Assembly: GCA_964643685.1 (NCBI GenBank)
Contig: CAZXTN010000002.1
Span: forward strand, 28,069 to 87,948
DNA: 59,880 bases
From: Candidatus Micrarchaeota archaeon
Lineage (GTDB): Archaea > B1Sed10-29 > JAJRYS01
Reading direction: 5' to 3'
Under the pieces are notes generated by a model that saw nothing but the letters and a program-made list of their open reading frames with translations, ran no database searches and was not told the origin of the DNA. Positions 1 through 9,391 of this stretch are shown one piece after another. Made by a program: the position numbers and the translations under genes. Positions within the stretch are counted from its first letter, which is position 1; every line of letters begins with the position of its first letter.

Positions 1-534
1 ATGGGCAATTTTTATTTGGATATTGAAACAACTGGATTGAATCCAAGCGTTGACAAGATTATCACTATTCAGTTTCAGGAACTTGACAGGCATACTGGAA
101 AGCCAATAGGCAAGCTTCAGATTCTGAAGGAATGGGAGTCAAGCGAAAGGCAGATTTTACAAGAGTTTATTTACAAAAGCAATGTGCATGACAAGTATCC
201 TTTCAGCTTCGTGCCAGTTGGCTATAACTTGACTTTTGAACATAATTTTTTGAAAGAAAGGACAACTGCCTATGGCTTGCGTCCAGTTGACATTCTTACT
301 CTTCCTTTTATTGACTTGAGAAGCGTGGGAGTGCTGATGAACAAAGGAGAATTCACAGGAAGCGGGTTGGATAAGATTACTGGAAAAAAGCAGAATGGAA
401 GCAAAGTGCCAATGTGGTATGCTAACAAGCAGTATGACTTGATTATTGAGTATATTAAAGATGAAGCAGAAGAATTTCTGAAGTTCCTGCAGAGGATGTA
501 TGAAGAGCTTCCTAAATTGAAAGAAAATTATTGA
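1..534 (+). CDS. RNase H-fold 3'-5' exonuclease (DnaQ/YprB-like)
   Basis: 177-aa ORF. N-terminal 'FYLDIETTGL' matches the Exo I D-x-E motif of DEDD-type exonucleases. The ATG is base 1 of the window, so an upstream start cannot be excluded. Confidence 0.5.
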   Translation: MGNFYLDIETTGLNPSVDKIITIQFQELDRHTGKPIGKLQILKEWESSERQILQEFIYKSNVHDKYPFSFVPVGYNLTFEHNFLKERTTAYGLRPVDILTLPFIDLRSVGVLMNKGEFTGSGLDKITGKKQNGSKVPMWYANKQYDLIIEYIKDEAEEFLKFLQRMYEELPKLKENY

Positions 535-551
535 AAAAAAGAGGGAAAAAA

Positions 552-1061
552 ATGCCTTTTATTAATGGTTTGGAAAAAGAGCAGGTAAGTGCAGAAGCAA
601 AAGAAGTTTATGAGGAATTTATTGAAAAAACAGGAAGTGTGCCTGAGTGGGTTAAAGTAATGGCTTACAGGCCTGAAATTTTAAAAAATTTTGTAAGCTT
701 ATTTAGAGCAATAATGATGCAAGGAACAGTTGAAAATTTATTAAAATGGAAAATTGCTTACCTTGTTTCTGAAACTTTAAAATGCCCTTTCTGCGTTGAC
801 GTGACAACTAAGATGATGAAAAAATTAGGAGCAAGTGAAGAAACAATAAGAGAGGTGCTGGAATTAAGCGAAGCAGAGGATAAAACTGTTTTTTCATTAG
901 TAAAGGACGTGACTCTTGATGGCCATTTAGATAACCCAGAATTGTTTGAAGAGTTGCAGAAGCATTTTACAAACCCTCAGGTTATTGAAATAATCTCAGT
1001 AATGGGTTTATTTAATTATATTAACAGGTTCAACAACACCCTTGCAATAATACCAGATTAA
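552..1061 (+). CDS. AhpD-like / carboxymuconolactone decarboxylase family protein
   Basis: 'KIAYLVSETLKCPFCVDVTTK' has the C-x-x-C core typical of the AhpD/CMD fold. ATG at 552 is preceded by GAGGG; the ORF track starts at TTG 531. Confidence 0.6.
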   Translation: MPFINGLEKEQVSAEAKEVYEEFIEKTGSVPEWVKVMAYRPEILKNFVSLFRAIMMQGTVENLLKWKIAYLVSETLKCPFCVDVTTKMMKKLGASEETIREVLELSEAEDKTVFSLVKDVTLDGHLDNPELFEELQKHFTNPQVIEIISVMGLFNYINRFNNTLAIIPD

Positions 1062-1170
1062 AGAGAAGCAAAAAATATTATTTTGCTTCGGCGTTGCCTT
1101 TTTATAGTGTTAGTGCGTTATTTTCAATGTTAAACTAACTTGTTTGATAGCGTTTTATTGGTGGCGTTTA

Positions 1171-4100
1171 GTGGCTAAAATTGAAAAAATCAAACTGAGG
1201 AACTTCAAGAGTTTTAAAAAAGTCGACTTGCCTATTGCAAGCGGTTACACTGTAATCATAGGACCTAATGGAAGCGGAAAGTCAAACATCATTGACGGCT
1301 TAGTGTTTGCCATTGGAACAGGCAGCATGAAGCACCTGAGAGCAGACAGGGTAAGCGACTTGGTTTATGAAGGAAGCAAAGATGGAGTAGGAAGCGTTGA
1401 AGTCGATTTCAGAGACGACGGCGGGGAAAAAATCACTATAAGCAGGTTGATTGACAAGAAAGGGCAAAGCGTTTTCAAACTCAACGGCAGAAGGACAACT
1501 CGTTTTCAAATCAATGAAGTCCTGCGCAGGATGAACATAGTGCCGGACGGGCATAACGTGATAATGCAGGGGGAAGTGACTCGTTTTATTAAAATGACTC
1601 CAATGCAAAGAAGAGGATACATTGACGAAGTCAGCGGAATAGCAGAGTATGAAATGAAAAAAGACGAGGCTCTAAGAGAACTTGGGAAAGTGGAGCAGAA
1701 GCTTAAAGACGCTTCAATAATACTTGGAGAAAAAGAAGGCTACCTCTCTACTCTTGAAAAGGAAAAAATAGAAGCAGAAGTTTACATTAAGCTAAAGCAG
1801 GAATTGAAGGGATACGAAGCAACGCTTGTGAAAAAAGAACTAGGAAGCGTTGAAAAAACTTATGAAAATTTAATGAAAGCAGTGATAGAATCAAAAGAAA
1901 AAATAAAAGAGCTTGAAAAGCAAAGAGAAGAGATAAGAAAGCAAGTAAAGGAATATGAAGAGGAAATAGACAAACTTGGAAAGGAAATTTTCAAGGAAAG
2001 CGACAAGAAGCAAGCAGGAGTAAGGAAAGAAATAGAAGAAGTGAAAGCAAGCATTGCAATACTTGAGGAAAAAATAAGAGCAGGTAAGGAAAACATTCAG
2101 AAAAACGAAGCCAAAAGAGAAGAAGTAAACAAGGAAATAGCACTTATTGTGAAAGAAATCAAAGCAAAGGAAAAAGAGCTTGAAATTTTAAGCGACGAGG
2201 AAGACGAGCTTTTGAAAAAGCAACATGAGCTTCAAAGAGAACTTGAAAAATACTTGAAAGAAGCTGGAAGCAAAGTTAATTTAAAGTCATCACTTGGAAA
2301 AGTTGACGAACTGAACTCAAGAATTGATGAGAAAAAACAGAGAATTTATTCAATTGAAGCTGACTTGAAGACAATTGAAGAAAAAATTAACTTGAAAAAA
2401 GCGTCTTTGAAAGCAAAGCAAGAGGAATTGAAGCAAGTTGAAGGCAAGGAGGGGGAAGTTCAAAAAAAGCTCAAGGAATTTGAAAAAAAGAAAAAAGAAG
2501 CTGAACAAAAGCTTGAGAAAATAAATTCTGAACTGCAGCTCTTGTTTGAAAAGGAAAAAAGAACAAATGAAAAACTCGGGCAAATTGAAACTAATTTAAG
2601 CAAAGGACAGAAGGAATTAAGAAGACTAAGCGAAAGAGTAGCTGTTTTGAAAAAAGAAGGCGTGCTGAACAAGGCAGCTACAAGCGTTTTGAAAGCAAAG
2701 GAATTGAAAGGAATTCTCGGCACAGTCGGCGACTTGATTTCATATGAACCGCATTATGCCCGGGCAATTGAAGCTGCAGGCGGCAACAGAATGTTTTTCA
2801 TAGTAACTGAAACAGCAGACGACGCTACAGAAGCAGTGAAGTATTTGAAAAAAAACAAGTTAGGAAGAGCTACTTTCATTCCACTTGACAAGATAAAGCC
2901 AGTCAAAAAGACAAGGGAGTCGATGAATGCAGTTGAAGAACCAGGCGCTTTAGGACATGCTATTGACTTGGTGAAATTCAATCCACGCCTTAAGAATGTT
3001 TTTGAATTTGTATTCGGAGACACTGTAATAGTTGAAGACATAGACGCGATTAAGAGAATAGGCGTTGGCAGGGTAAGAATGGCTACTCTTGAAGGGGACT
3101 TGGCTGAATCAAGCGGTTTGGTAAGAGGGGGTTTCAGCAAAGACAGCGTAAGCAGCAATGACTTGAAAATGCTAACTACCCTTGAAGAAAACGTTGACAA
3201 GCTTGAAGCAGAAAAAGGCATTTTGTTAAAAGACTTGGAAGCAAGCAGAAGAAGAATAAACAAACTAAGGGAAGAAAAAGGGGAACAGGAGTTGAAGTTA
3301 AAAGAAGCTGAAGTTATGGAAAGCGAGTGGAGAAAAAGGCTTAATGACTATAAAAGAGAAAATGAAGAAGGAACTTTGTCTCTGCTAAAGAAAGAAATTG
3401 AAGAACTTGAACTTGAAAAAGGAGAGAAAAAAAGGCTTTTTGAAAAACTAAAACCAGAGCTTGATAAATTGCTTGAAGAAAAAGTAAAACTTAAAGAAGA
3501 TTTAGGTGAAGTTGTTGTTGAACAGCCTGTTGAAATAAAGGAACTGCAGGATGAGATTCAAAAATCAAAGGACGCGTTAAGTGACTTGAAAATCAAGAGA
3601 AGCAGTTTGATAAGCGAAGTTGAAAAAGTTTTTGAAAAAAACAAGAAGGACTTGGAAAAGCAGTTGAAAGAAATTCAAAAAGAAAACGAAGAGATTGAAA
3701 AAAAAATACTGAAGTTAACTGATGAGAGAAACGGCTTGATTGATGTTCAGAAGCAGAAGGAAGAGAAGGCAAGAGAACTTGCTTCTTCAATGACTGAGTT
3801 ATACAAGGAAAAAGAAAAGAAGGAAAAAGAACAAAGGCAGTTGCTTAACAAGATTGGGGAGATTAACAGGGAAATTGACGTATTAAAAGACAAGAAAAGT
3901 GAAAAAGAAATTGAAGTAGCTAAAATTGAAGCCAAGTTGCTTGACTTGAAAAGAAAATGGGAGAAGCTGAAGGACGTTGAAGTTCATGAAAAAATGACTT
4001 TCAAGCAATTGAATGAAAAAATAGAGGCGCTGCAAAAGCAATTAGAAGCAATTGGAAACGTGAACATGAAAGCAATTGAATTATATGACAAATACTACAA

Positions 4101-4698
4101 GGAAATAGGAGAAATTGTAGAGAAGAAAAAAACTCTTGCAAAAGAAAGAGACAAGATCCTTGAAATGATTGACGAAATTGACAAAAGAAAATACGAAGTA
4201 TTCATGGATACTTTCAACGCATTGAACAAGCACTTCAACGAATACTTCATGAAACTCTACCCTGAAAAAGGAAGCAAAGCCAACATTTTCCTTGAAAACC
4301 CTGAAAACCCATTCGAAGGAGGGCTACTGCTTAAAGCTGCGCCTGCTGGAAAGCCAGTCAAGTCAATTGACTTGCTAAGCGGAGGAGAAAAAACACTTAC
4401 AGCCATTGCCTTCATTTTCGCAATACAAAAACACAAGCCAAGCCCATTCTACGTGTTGGATGAAGTTGACGCTGCTCTTGACGCTGACAACTCGACTAGA
4501 ATTGCGAAGATGCTGAAAGCTTCAAGCAAAGAAATTCAAATGATAATAGTAACGCATAACAAGAACATCTTGCAGAACGCTGACCAGATAATAGGAGTGC
4601 ATAGGGGAAAGGACGGCAGCAGCGTGGTGGAAGTTGACTTGAGCCAGTATGCGGCTGAAAAACTTGACGTGGAAAAATCAGGAAGAAGCGTGCTGTAA
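1171..4698 (+). CDS. smc: SMC chromosome segregation ATPase
   Basis: Walker A 'GPNGSGKSN', long coiled-coil arms, a hinge ('GTVGDLISYEPHYARAIEAAGGNRMFFIV'), ABC signature 'LSGGEKTLTAIAF' and Walker B 'FYVLDEVDAALD'. GTG 1171 preceded by GGTGG gives the canonical 'AKIEKIKLRNFKSF' N-terminus. The ORF track starts at TTG 1144. Confidence 0.9.
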   Translation: MAKIEKIKLRNFKSFKKVDLPIASGYTVIIGPNGSGKSNIIDGLVFAIGTGSMKHLRADRVSDLVYEGSKDGVGSVEVDFRDDGGEKITISRLIDKKGQSVFKLNGRRTTRFQINEVLRRMNIVPDGHNVIMQGEVTRFIKMTPMQRRGYIDEVSGIAEYEMKKDEALRELGKVEQKLKDASIILGEKEGYLSTLEKEKIEAEVYIKLKQELKGYEATLVKKELGSVEKTYENLMKAVIESKEKIKELEKQREEIRKQVKEYEEEIDKLGKEIFKESDKKQAGVRKEIEEVKASIAILEEKIRAGKENIQKNEAKREEVNKEIALIVKEIKAKEKELEILSDEEDELLKKQHELQRELEKYLKEAGSKVNLKSSLGKVDELNSRIDEKKQRIYSIEADLKTIEEKINLKKASLKAKQEELKQVEGKEGEVQKKLKEFEKKKKEAEQKLEKINSELQLLFEKEKRTNEKLGQIETNLSKGQKELRRLSERVAVLKKEGVLNKAATSVLKAKELKGILGTVGDLISYEPHYARAIEAAGGNRMFFIVTETADDATEAVKYLKKNKLGRATFIPLDKIKPVKKTRESMNAVEEPGALGHAIDLVKFNPRLKNVFEFVFGDTVIVEDIDAIKRIGVGRVRMATLEGDLAESSGLVRGGFSKDSVSSNDLKMLTTLEENVDKLEAEKGILLKDLEASRRRINKLREEKGEQELKLKEAEVMESEWRKRLNDYKRENEEGTLSLLKKEIEELELEKGEKKRLFEKLKPELDKLLEEKVKLKEDLGEVVVEQPVEIKELQDEIQKSKDALSDLKIKRSSLISEVEKVFEKNKKDLEKQLKEIQKENEEIEKKILKLTDERNGLIDVQKQKEEKARELASSMTELYKEKEKKEKEQRQLLNKIGEINREIDVLKDKKSEKEIEVAKIEAKLLDLKRKWEKLKDVEVHEKMTFKQLNEKIEALQKQLEAIGNVNMKAIELYDKYYKEIGEIVEKKKTLAKERDKILEMIDEIDKRKYEVFMDTFNALNKHFNEYFMKLYPEKGSKANIFLENPENPFEGGLLLKAAPAGKPVKSIDLLSGGEKTLTAIAFIFAIQKHKPSPFYVLDEVDAALDADNSTRIAKMLKASSKEIQMIIVTHNKNILQNADQIIGVHRGKDGSSVVEVDLSQYAAEKLDVEKSGRSVL

Positions 4699-4709
4699 AC
4701 AAAATGAAA

Positions 4710-6599
4710 TTATGCTTTTTTTACTTTTACTGCTACTGCTTTGTAATTAGGAGTGAATGTTTCTTCATCAAACATGAGTGGAAAGAGCTTGTTGATTAAC
4801 AGTTTCTTGTAATGGAATCTTGTTGCTATAATGCCTTCTGGAATTTTGTTGTTTGAAATTGCTTTTGCTTTGACTTTGCCTTCAGTGCTTTCAACAATAA
4901 CCTGCTCTTTGTTTTTAATTTCAAGTTTTTTCATATCTTTTTCATTGAAATAAAAACAAGGCCCGTCATCAAGCTTTTTAAGAACAGCTGATTCTGTCGT
5001 TTGTTCCCCTGTTAAAAATTGAAATTGAGACCTAAAAGTAGTTAAGATAAAGGGGTATTGTTTTGATGAAGTTTCATCTATTCCTTCATATTTTTCAGGT
5101 ATAAACTTTAAGAATTTAATAGATTTATCTGCCCATTGGTCTTCTCCTTCCCATAGTTTGCTCACGTTAATCTTAGAATAGGAGGGGACTGTTTTTTTAA
5201 TTTCTTTAAGAATTTCTTTTTTAGATTTGAACCCGAGAGTTTTGTTAAACTTGTTTGCTAATTTTTCAAAAAAAAGCCATTCATCAACCACTTTTCCAGG
5301 TGGCTTTATAACTTGGTTTGCTTTTCTTATCCTTTTTTCTCCATTTGTTATTGTCCCCTCTGTTTCCAGCAACAAGGGAGAGGGGATTATTACATTTGCG
5401 TATTTTGAAGTTTCATTAAAAACTGACTCTATTTGAATTATGAACATTTTTTTCAAAATTTTATGAACCTTATTCAAAGCAGGCATTGATTGTGCAGGGT
5501 TAAAATGAATGACAAAAGCAGCTTTAACAGGGTTTATTGCAAGCGCTTCAAGAATAGTCTTGCCTTTGCTTTTATTGATTTCAGCTTTCCAGATTTTTTC
5601 AAGTTTAGGTACAGAAGAGTAATCTCCTGTTGGAAGAGAATTAGGCAAAAAACCAATATCCCCTACTCCCTGTACATTTATTTCTCCTCTTAAAGTCTGA
5701 ACAAATGCCTTTTTTAAAATAACTAAATTCATTATTGAATGGATGTTCTCAAGCCCATTAACATGCTGAGTTAAGCCCATGCCATGCATTACAGCTAACT
5801 TTTTAGATTCATAAATAGCATCAACAAACTTGTCATAATCCTTTTCACTTATTTCACAAAGTGAACATACAACTTCTTTAGTGAAAGAAGAAACAGTTTT
5901 TTTAAGTTCTTCAAAACCCTCTTCTTTTGAACTCAATCCCCTTTTTATTAAACTGTTAATTAAACCATTTAACAAAGCTGTTTCTGAACCTGGTTTTATT
6001 TTTAAGTTCACGTCATATTCCTTGGTGTGGAAATTAAAAATGTTCTGAACACTTACAATTTTTATTTTTTTCAACCTGTTAAAAAAAACAGGGTAGTTGC
6101 TGAAAGGATTTGAACCAACTATCAAGAGGGTATCTGCTTTTTTTATATTATCCATAACAGTTAAATTTGACTGGCCGAACATTTCATTCATTGCTTGCAC
6201 AGTAGTTGCATGACAAAGCCTCCCGCAGCAAGAATCAGCATTAGCTGTCTGCAAAACAACCCTTGCAAATTTTAACACGGCATAATTGTCTTCATTTGTC
6301 ATTTTTCCAGAGCCGTTTACAAAAATTTCATCAGGTGATAAATCTTTTATATTCTTATAGATAAAATCAACAGCTTCAGAATAAGTAACTGGAACCAATT
6401 TTCCTTTTTTTCTAATCATAGGAGTGGTTATCCTATTTTTATCATAAACTTCTTTAATTGTCAAACCCTTAATACACGGCTTTCCTTCACTAACCTCATC
6501 TTCAACAACAGGAAGCACATTAACAATTTTATTACCTTCAACAACGTAATTTAAAAGACAACCGCAACCGCAATAAATACAAGTAGAAATTTTATTCAT
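4710..6599 (-). CDS. Molybdopterin oxidoreductase, formate dehydrogenase (FdhF)-like catalytic subunit, Cys type
   Basis: N-terminal 4Fe-4S motif 'CIYCGCGC...GKPCIKG'. 'DSCCGRLCHATTV' aligns from memory with E. coli FdhF 'DCCARV-U-HGPSV'. 'LRGEINVQG' aligns with FdhF 'VRGQNNVQG'. Confidence 0.8.
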   Translation of the reverse strand: MNKISTCIYCGCGCLLNYVVEGNKIVNVLPVVEDEVSEGKPCIKGLTIKEVYDKNRITTPMIRKKGKLVPVTYSEAVDFIYKNIKDLSPDEIFVNGSGKMTNEDNYAVLKFARVVLQTANADSCCGRLCHATTVQAMNEMFGQSNLTVMDNIKKADTLLIVGSNPFSNYPVFFNRLKKIKIVSVQNIFNFHTKEYDVNLKIKPGSETALLNGLINSLIKRGLSSKEEGFEELKKTVSSFTKEVVCSLCEISEKDYDKFVDAIYESKKLAVMHGMGLTQHVNGLENIHSIMNLVILKKAFVQTLRGEINVQGVGDIGFLPNSLPTGDYSSVPKLEKIWKAEINKSKGKTILEALAINPVKAAFVIHFNPAQSMPALNKVHKILKKMFIIQIESVFNETSKYANVIIPSPLLLETEGTITNGEKRIRKANQVIKPPGKVVDEWLFFEKLANKFNKTLGFKSKKEILKEIKKTVPSYSKINVSKLWEGEDQWADKSIKFLKFIPEKYEGIDETSSKQYPFILTTFRSQFQFLTGEQTTESAVLKKLDDGPCFYFNEKDMKKLEIKNKEQVIVESTEGKVKAKAISNNKIPEGIIATRFHYKKLLINKLFPLMFDEETFTPNYKAVAVKVKKA

Positions 6600-6633
6600 T
6601 AATCTCCTAAAAAGAAGACATCATTTATAAAAC

Positions 6634-7047
6634 TTAGTTAAACAACCGCATTACTTGAGGCAAGCTGATGTTGAACACAACCATTATTACAACCAAGCTG
6701 ATTACCCAAACTGCTCCAACTAAAGCTCTTTTCTTTGCAAATTCAAAGTTGTTCTTCTTGTCCAAGTCATTCACAACATGCCCATAATATCCAATTATCA
6801 TTGCTTGCATGTAAATTGTTCTCGGCACAATCAAATAAATCAAGAAAGGAATCAAGAAAGCTGTCGTAAACCAGTTTTCTTTTTTCAATTCAGTGCTGAA
6901 ATGAAAATCAAGGTTAGGAATCAAAACACCTAAAAAAGCAAAAAAGACAATCGGAACAATCAAGCTCCTGTCTCCTAAAATCACTGCATAAGTAAAACCG
7001 AACAATAACCCAAATGCAATTGACTTCAAATGCCTCTGCAATTTCAT
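6634..7047 (-). CDS. Small polytopic membrane protein, possibly a short YdjM/DUF457-like metal-dependent hydrolase
   Basis: About 4 hydrophobic helices. 'IPNLDFHF' and 'GHVVNDLD' weakly resemble the PDLD/H..D motifs of the clearer DUF457 gene at 35951-36436. Confidence 0.35.
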   Translation of the reverse strand: MKLQRHLKSIAFGLLFGFTYAVILGDRSLIVPIVFFAFLGVLIPNLDFHFSTELKKENWFTTAFLIPFLIYLIVPRTIYMQAMIIGYYGHVVNDLDKKNNFEFAKKRALVGAVWVISLVVIMVVFNISLPQVMRLFN

Positions 7048-7106
7048 AAGTAATTTTAATGAATTAATAAATTTAAAAAACCACGGGAAAAAAACAAGCT
7101 ATTTTT

Positions 7107-8543
7107 TTATTGGCTTATTTTTTCTTGTTTTCTGTTTTCAGAATATTCTTCAGCGTATTTTTCAACATCAGTTGGGTAACTGCCGTCAAGGCAAGCAGTG
7201 CAAATCCTGCGTGGAATTGCCTTTTTCAAATTTTCAACGCTTAAGTAAGTCAGAGAATCAGCTTTGATAAATTCTTTTATTTCTTCAATTGACTTGTTGC
7301 CTGCAATCAATTCTTCAGTCGTGCTCATGTCAACTCCGTAAAAGCAAGGTTTTTTAATAGGAGGAGCTGTGCTTGCAAAATGAACTTCACGAGCTCCACT
7401 TTTTTTAAGCATTCTCACAATCTTCTTAGAAGTCGTGCCACGAACAATAGAATCATCAACAAGCAAAATACTCTTGCCTTTAATTTCCTTGATAACAGGA
7501 GACAATTTCATCTTAACTGCATTCTCCCTTAGCTCCTGAGTAGGCATTATAAAAGTCCTCTGAGAATACCTGTTTTTAATAAGCCCCTCCCTGTAAGGAA
7601 TTCCAAGCTCCTCGGCGCAGGCAAGAGCAGCTGGACGGGAAGAATCCGGCACAGGCATTACTACATCAATGCTTAAATTCTTCTCTTTAATTTGATGCGC
7701 TAACTGCTTTCCAAGGTTACGCCTGGCTTCATAAACACTTAAATTTTCAATAACTGAGTCAGGGCGTGAGAAGTAAACCCATTCAAACATGCAATGCTGA
7801 GGCTTGTCATCAGTCAAAACCTCTGACTTCACAACGCCTTTGGAATTAATGTAAACAACTTCACCTGGCTTCACATCCCTTACAATTTCAAAACCAAGAA
7901 AATCAAGAGGAACAGTTTCAGAAGAAAAAGCATAACTCCACTCACCATTGCTTTTCTTCTTCCTGCCCATTACAAGAGGACGGATTCCCTTCGGGTCCCT
8001 GAAAGCAACCATGCGATTTCCAATTGAAACAGTAACCACTGAATAAGCTCCGTTAATTCTTTCAAAAACCCCCTTCACTGCCTTTTTTATCTTCTCAAAG
8101 CTATTGCTTGTTTCAGAACTTACTTTAATCAATTCCTCTGCAAGCACGTTGAGAATGACCTCAACATCGCATTTTGAAATCACAACCCTCCTATTCTCCT
8201 TCAATTCTCTCCTAAGCTCATGCAAGTTAACCACGTTTCCATTATGAGCCATTCCAATGCCAAGAGGGTAATTTAAGTAAAAAGGCTGAGCATCAAGCAA
8301 ACTAGAAGAACCAATAGTAGGATACCTTACCTGCGCAATGCCGCTTCTTCCGCTGAAAGTAGATAAAACATCCTCGTTAAAATTTTCAGAAACAAGTCCC
8401 TTGAACTTCTGCAAGTAAATAGTCTCATCATCAGCTGTCAGAATCCCACAAGAATCCTGCCCCCTGTGCTGCAAAAGCAGAAGCCCGTTATACAATTCCT
8501 GGGCTACATTGTCAGAATTATAAATGCCAATTACTCCGCACAT
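7107..8543 (-). CDS. purF: Amidophosphoribosyltransferase
   Basis: N-terminal nucleophile 'MCGVIGIY', PRPP-binding 'ILLVDDSIVRGTT', and C-terminal Cys ligands 'CFYGVD' and 'CTACLDGSYP'. The ATG at 8543 lies ~24 nt from a TATA-like box; the TTG at 8546 in the ORF track is less likely. Confidence 0.9.
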   Translation of the reverse strand: MCGVIGIYNSDNVAQELYNGLLLLQHRGQDSCGILTADDETIYLQKFKGLVSENFNEDVLSTFSGRSGIAQVRYPTIGSSSLLDAQPFYLNYPLGIGMAHNGNVVNLHELRRELKENRRVVISKCDVEVILNVLAEELIKVSSETSNSFEKIKKAVKGVFERINGAYSVVTVSIGNRMVAFRDPKGIRPLVMGRKKKSNGEWSYAFSSETVPLDFLGFEIVRDVKPGEVVYINSKGVVKSEVLTDDKPQHCMFEWVYFSRPDSVIENLSVYEARRNLGKQLAHQIKEKNLSIDVVMPVPDSSRPAALACAEELGIPYREGLIKNRYSQRTFIMPTQELRENAVKMKLSPVIKEIKGKSILLVDDSIVRGTTSKKIVRMLKKSGAREVHFASTAPPIKKPCFYGVDMSTTEELIAGNKSIEEIKEFIKADSLTYLSVENLKKAIPRRICTACLDGSYPTDVEKYAEEYSENRKQEKISQ

Positions 8544-8567
8544 CAACTAAACTTTTAACAGCAATAC

Positions 8568-8575
8568 AATAAAAA
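8568..8575 (-). promoter_or_regulatory. TATA-like box for leaderless purF
   Basis: The minus strand reads TTTTTATT, 24 nt upstream of the purF ATG. Confidence 0.4.
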
Positions 8576-8684
8576 GCTTATCATGAAAAAAATCAGAGAC
8601 AAAGAGAATCAAGCAAAAAAAATCAAATTGTTGGAAGAAAGCCTTAAAAGGCTTTCATTCCAAAGGTTTTAAAAAAAAGCCTAT

Positions 8685-9113
8685 TTACCTTCTTCTTTTT
8701 GCTTTCTTTTTTGTTGTTTTTTTCTTAGCTGCTTTTTTCTTGACTGTTTTTCTTTTTGTTGTCTTTTTCTTTGCTTTCTTTTTAACTGTTTTTCTCTTTA
8801 CAGTCTTCTTTTTCTTTGCTTTTTTCTTAACAACTTTTTTCTTTGGTTTTGCCAAGTGGATTACACCAAGTTTCTTTACATTTGGCTTGTAAACAACAGC
8901 TGCCATCCACTCTGGCCTTTCAGCAGGTGCTCTTACTTTTTTCCTCATTCCCTTGAAAGCATGTAGTTTTTTTGTTCCCCTTTCTCTTAGGAAAATGCTT
9001 GTGTATCCTCTGCTTGCTGCTTTCAAAGCTGCTTGCCTTGGTTGCCTTCCTGTGAACACAGCCAATTCTTTTCCGCCTTGGCTTGTTCTTAGAGCGAAAT
9101 ATCTTTTTTCCAT
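8685..9113 (-). CDS. MC1-family chromatin protein with a C-terminal lysine-rich (H1-like) tail
   Basis: 'FTGRQPRQAALKAASRG', 'LRERGTKKLHAFKG' and 'APAERPEWM' match the Methanosarcina MC1 sequence as I recall it ('FTGKQPRQAALKAANRG', 'LRERGTKKVHVFKAW', 'APKNRPAWM'). The last ~55 aa are K-rich repeats. GGAGG lies 9 nt upstream of the ATG. Confidence 0.8.
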   Translation of the reverse strand: MEKRYFALRTSQGGKELAVFTGRQPRQAALKAASRGYTSIFLRERGTKKLHAFKGMRKKVRAPAERPEWMAAVVYKPNVKKLGVIHLAKPKKKVVKKKAKKKKTVKRKTVKKKAKKKTTKRKTVKKKAAKKKTTKKKAKRRR

Positions 9114-9391
9114 TTTTCATTACCTCCGCATTTTGAGAAGTGCTGGGCGAGTAACTTATTCTCACTCCGCATAATGATTTATGATTAAAAAAAAGAGCAA
9201 TTAGTATATAAAGGTTACTATTGGCAAAAGTCGATTTTTCAACAACAGTTGAACAAAAACAACTTAAAAAATGCAATAATTTTCGATAACAGAGAAGCAA
9301 AACAACACAAGCAAAGTAAAAAAAAACAGAAAATGAGAGAAATCAGTTAAAAGAAATGCTTTTTATTAAGCATCATTCAAAATAATAGAAC

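Noticed and set aside
1300-4702. Nine minus-strand ORFs inside smc. The same pattern occurs with antisense or out-of-frame ORFs inside the coiled-coil and K/E-rich genes (e.g. 23619-23945, 26035-27687, 29706-30308, 38393-38641, 39942-40439, 42518-42946)
   Set aside because: GAA/AAG-rich sense codons give stop-free TTC/CTT antisense frames. The products are Phe/Ser/Leu low complexity with no motifs.
8690-8830. Periodic nucleotide repeats that could be mistaken for a short tandem or CRISPR-like array
   Set aside because: They are in-frame codon repeats encoding the K-rich tail of the MC1 protein. There is no spacer/repeat organisation and there are no cas genes. I saw no CRISPR array anywhere in the window.
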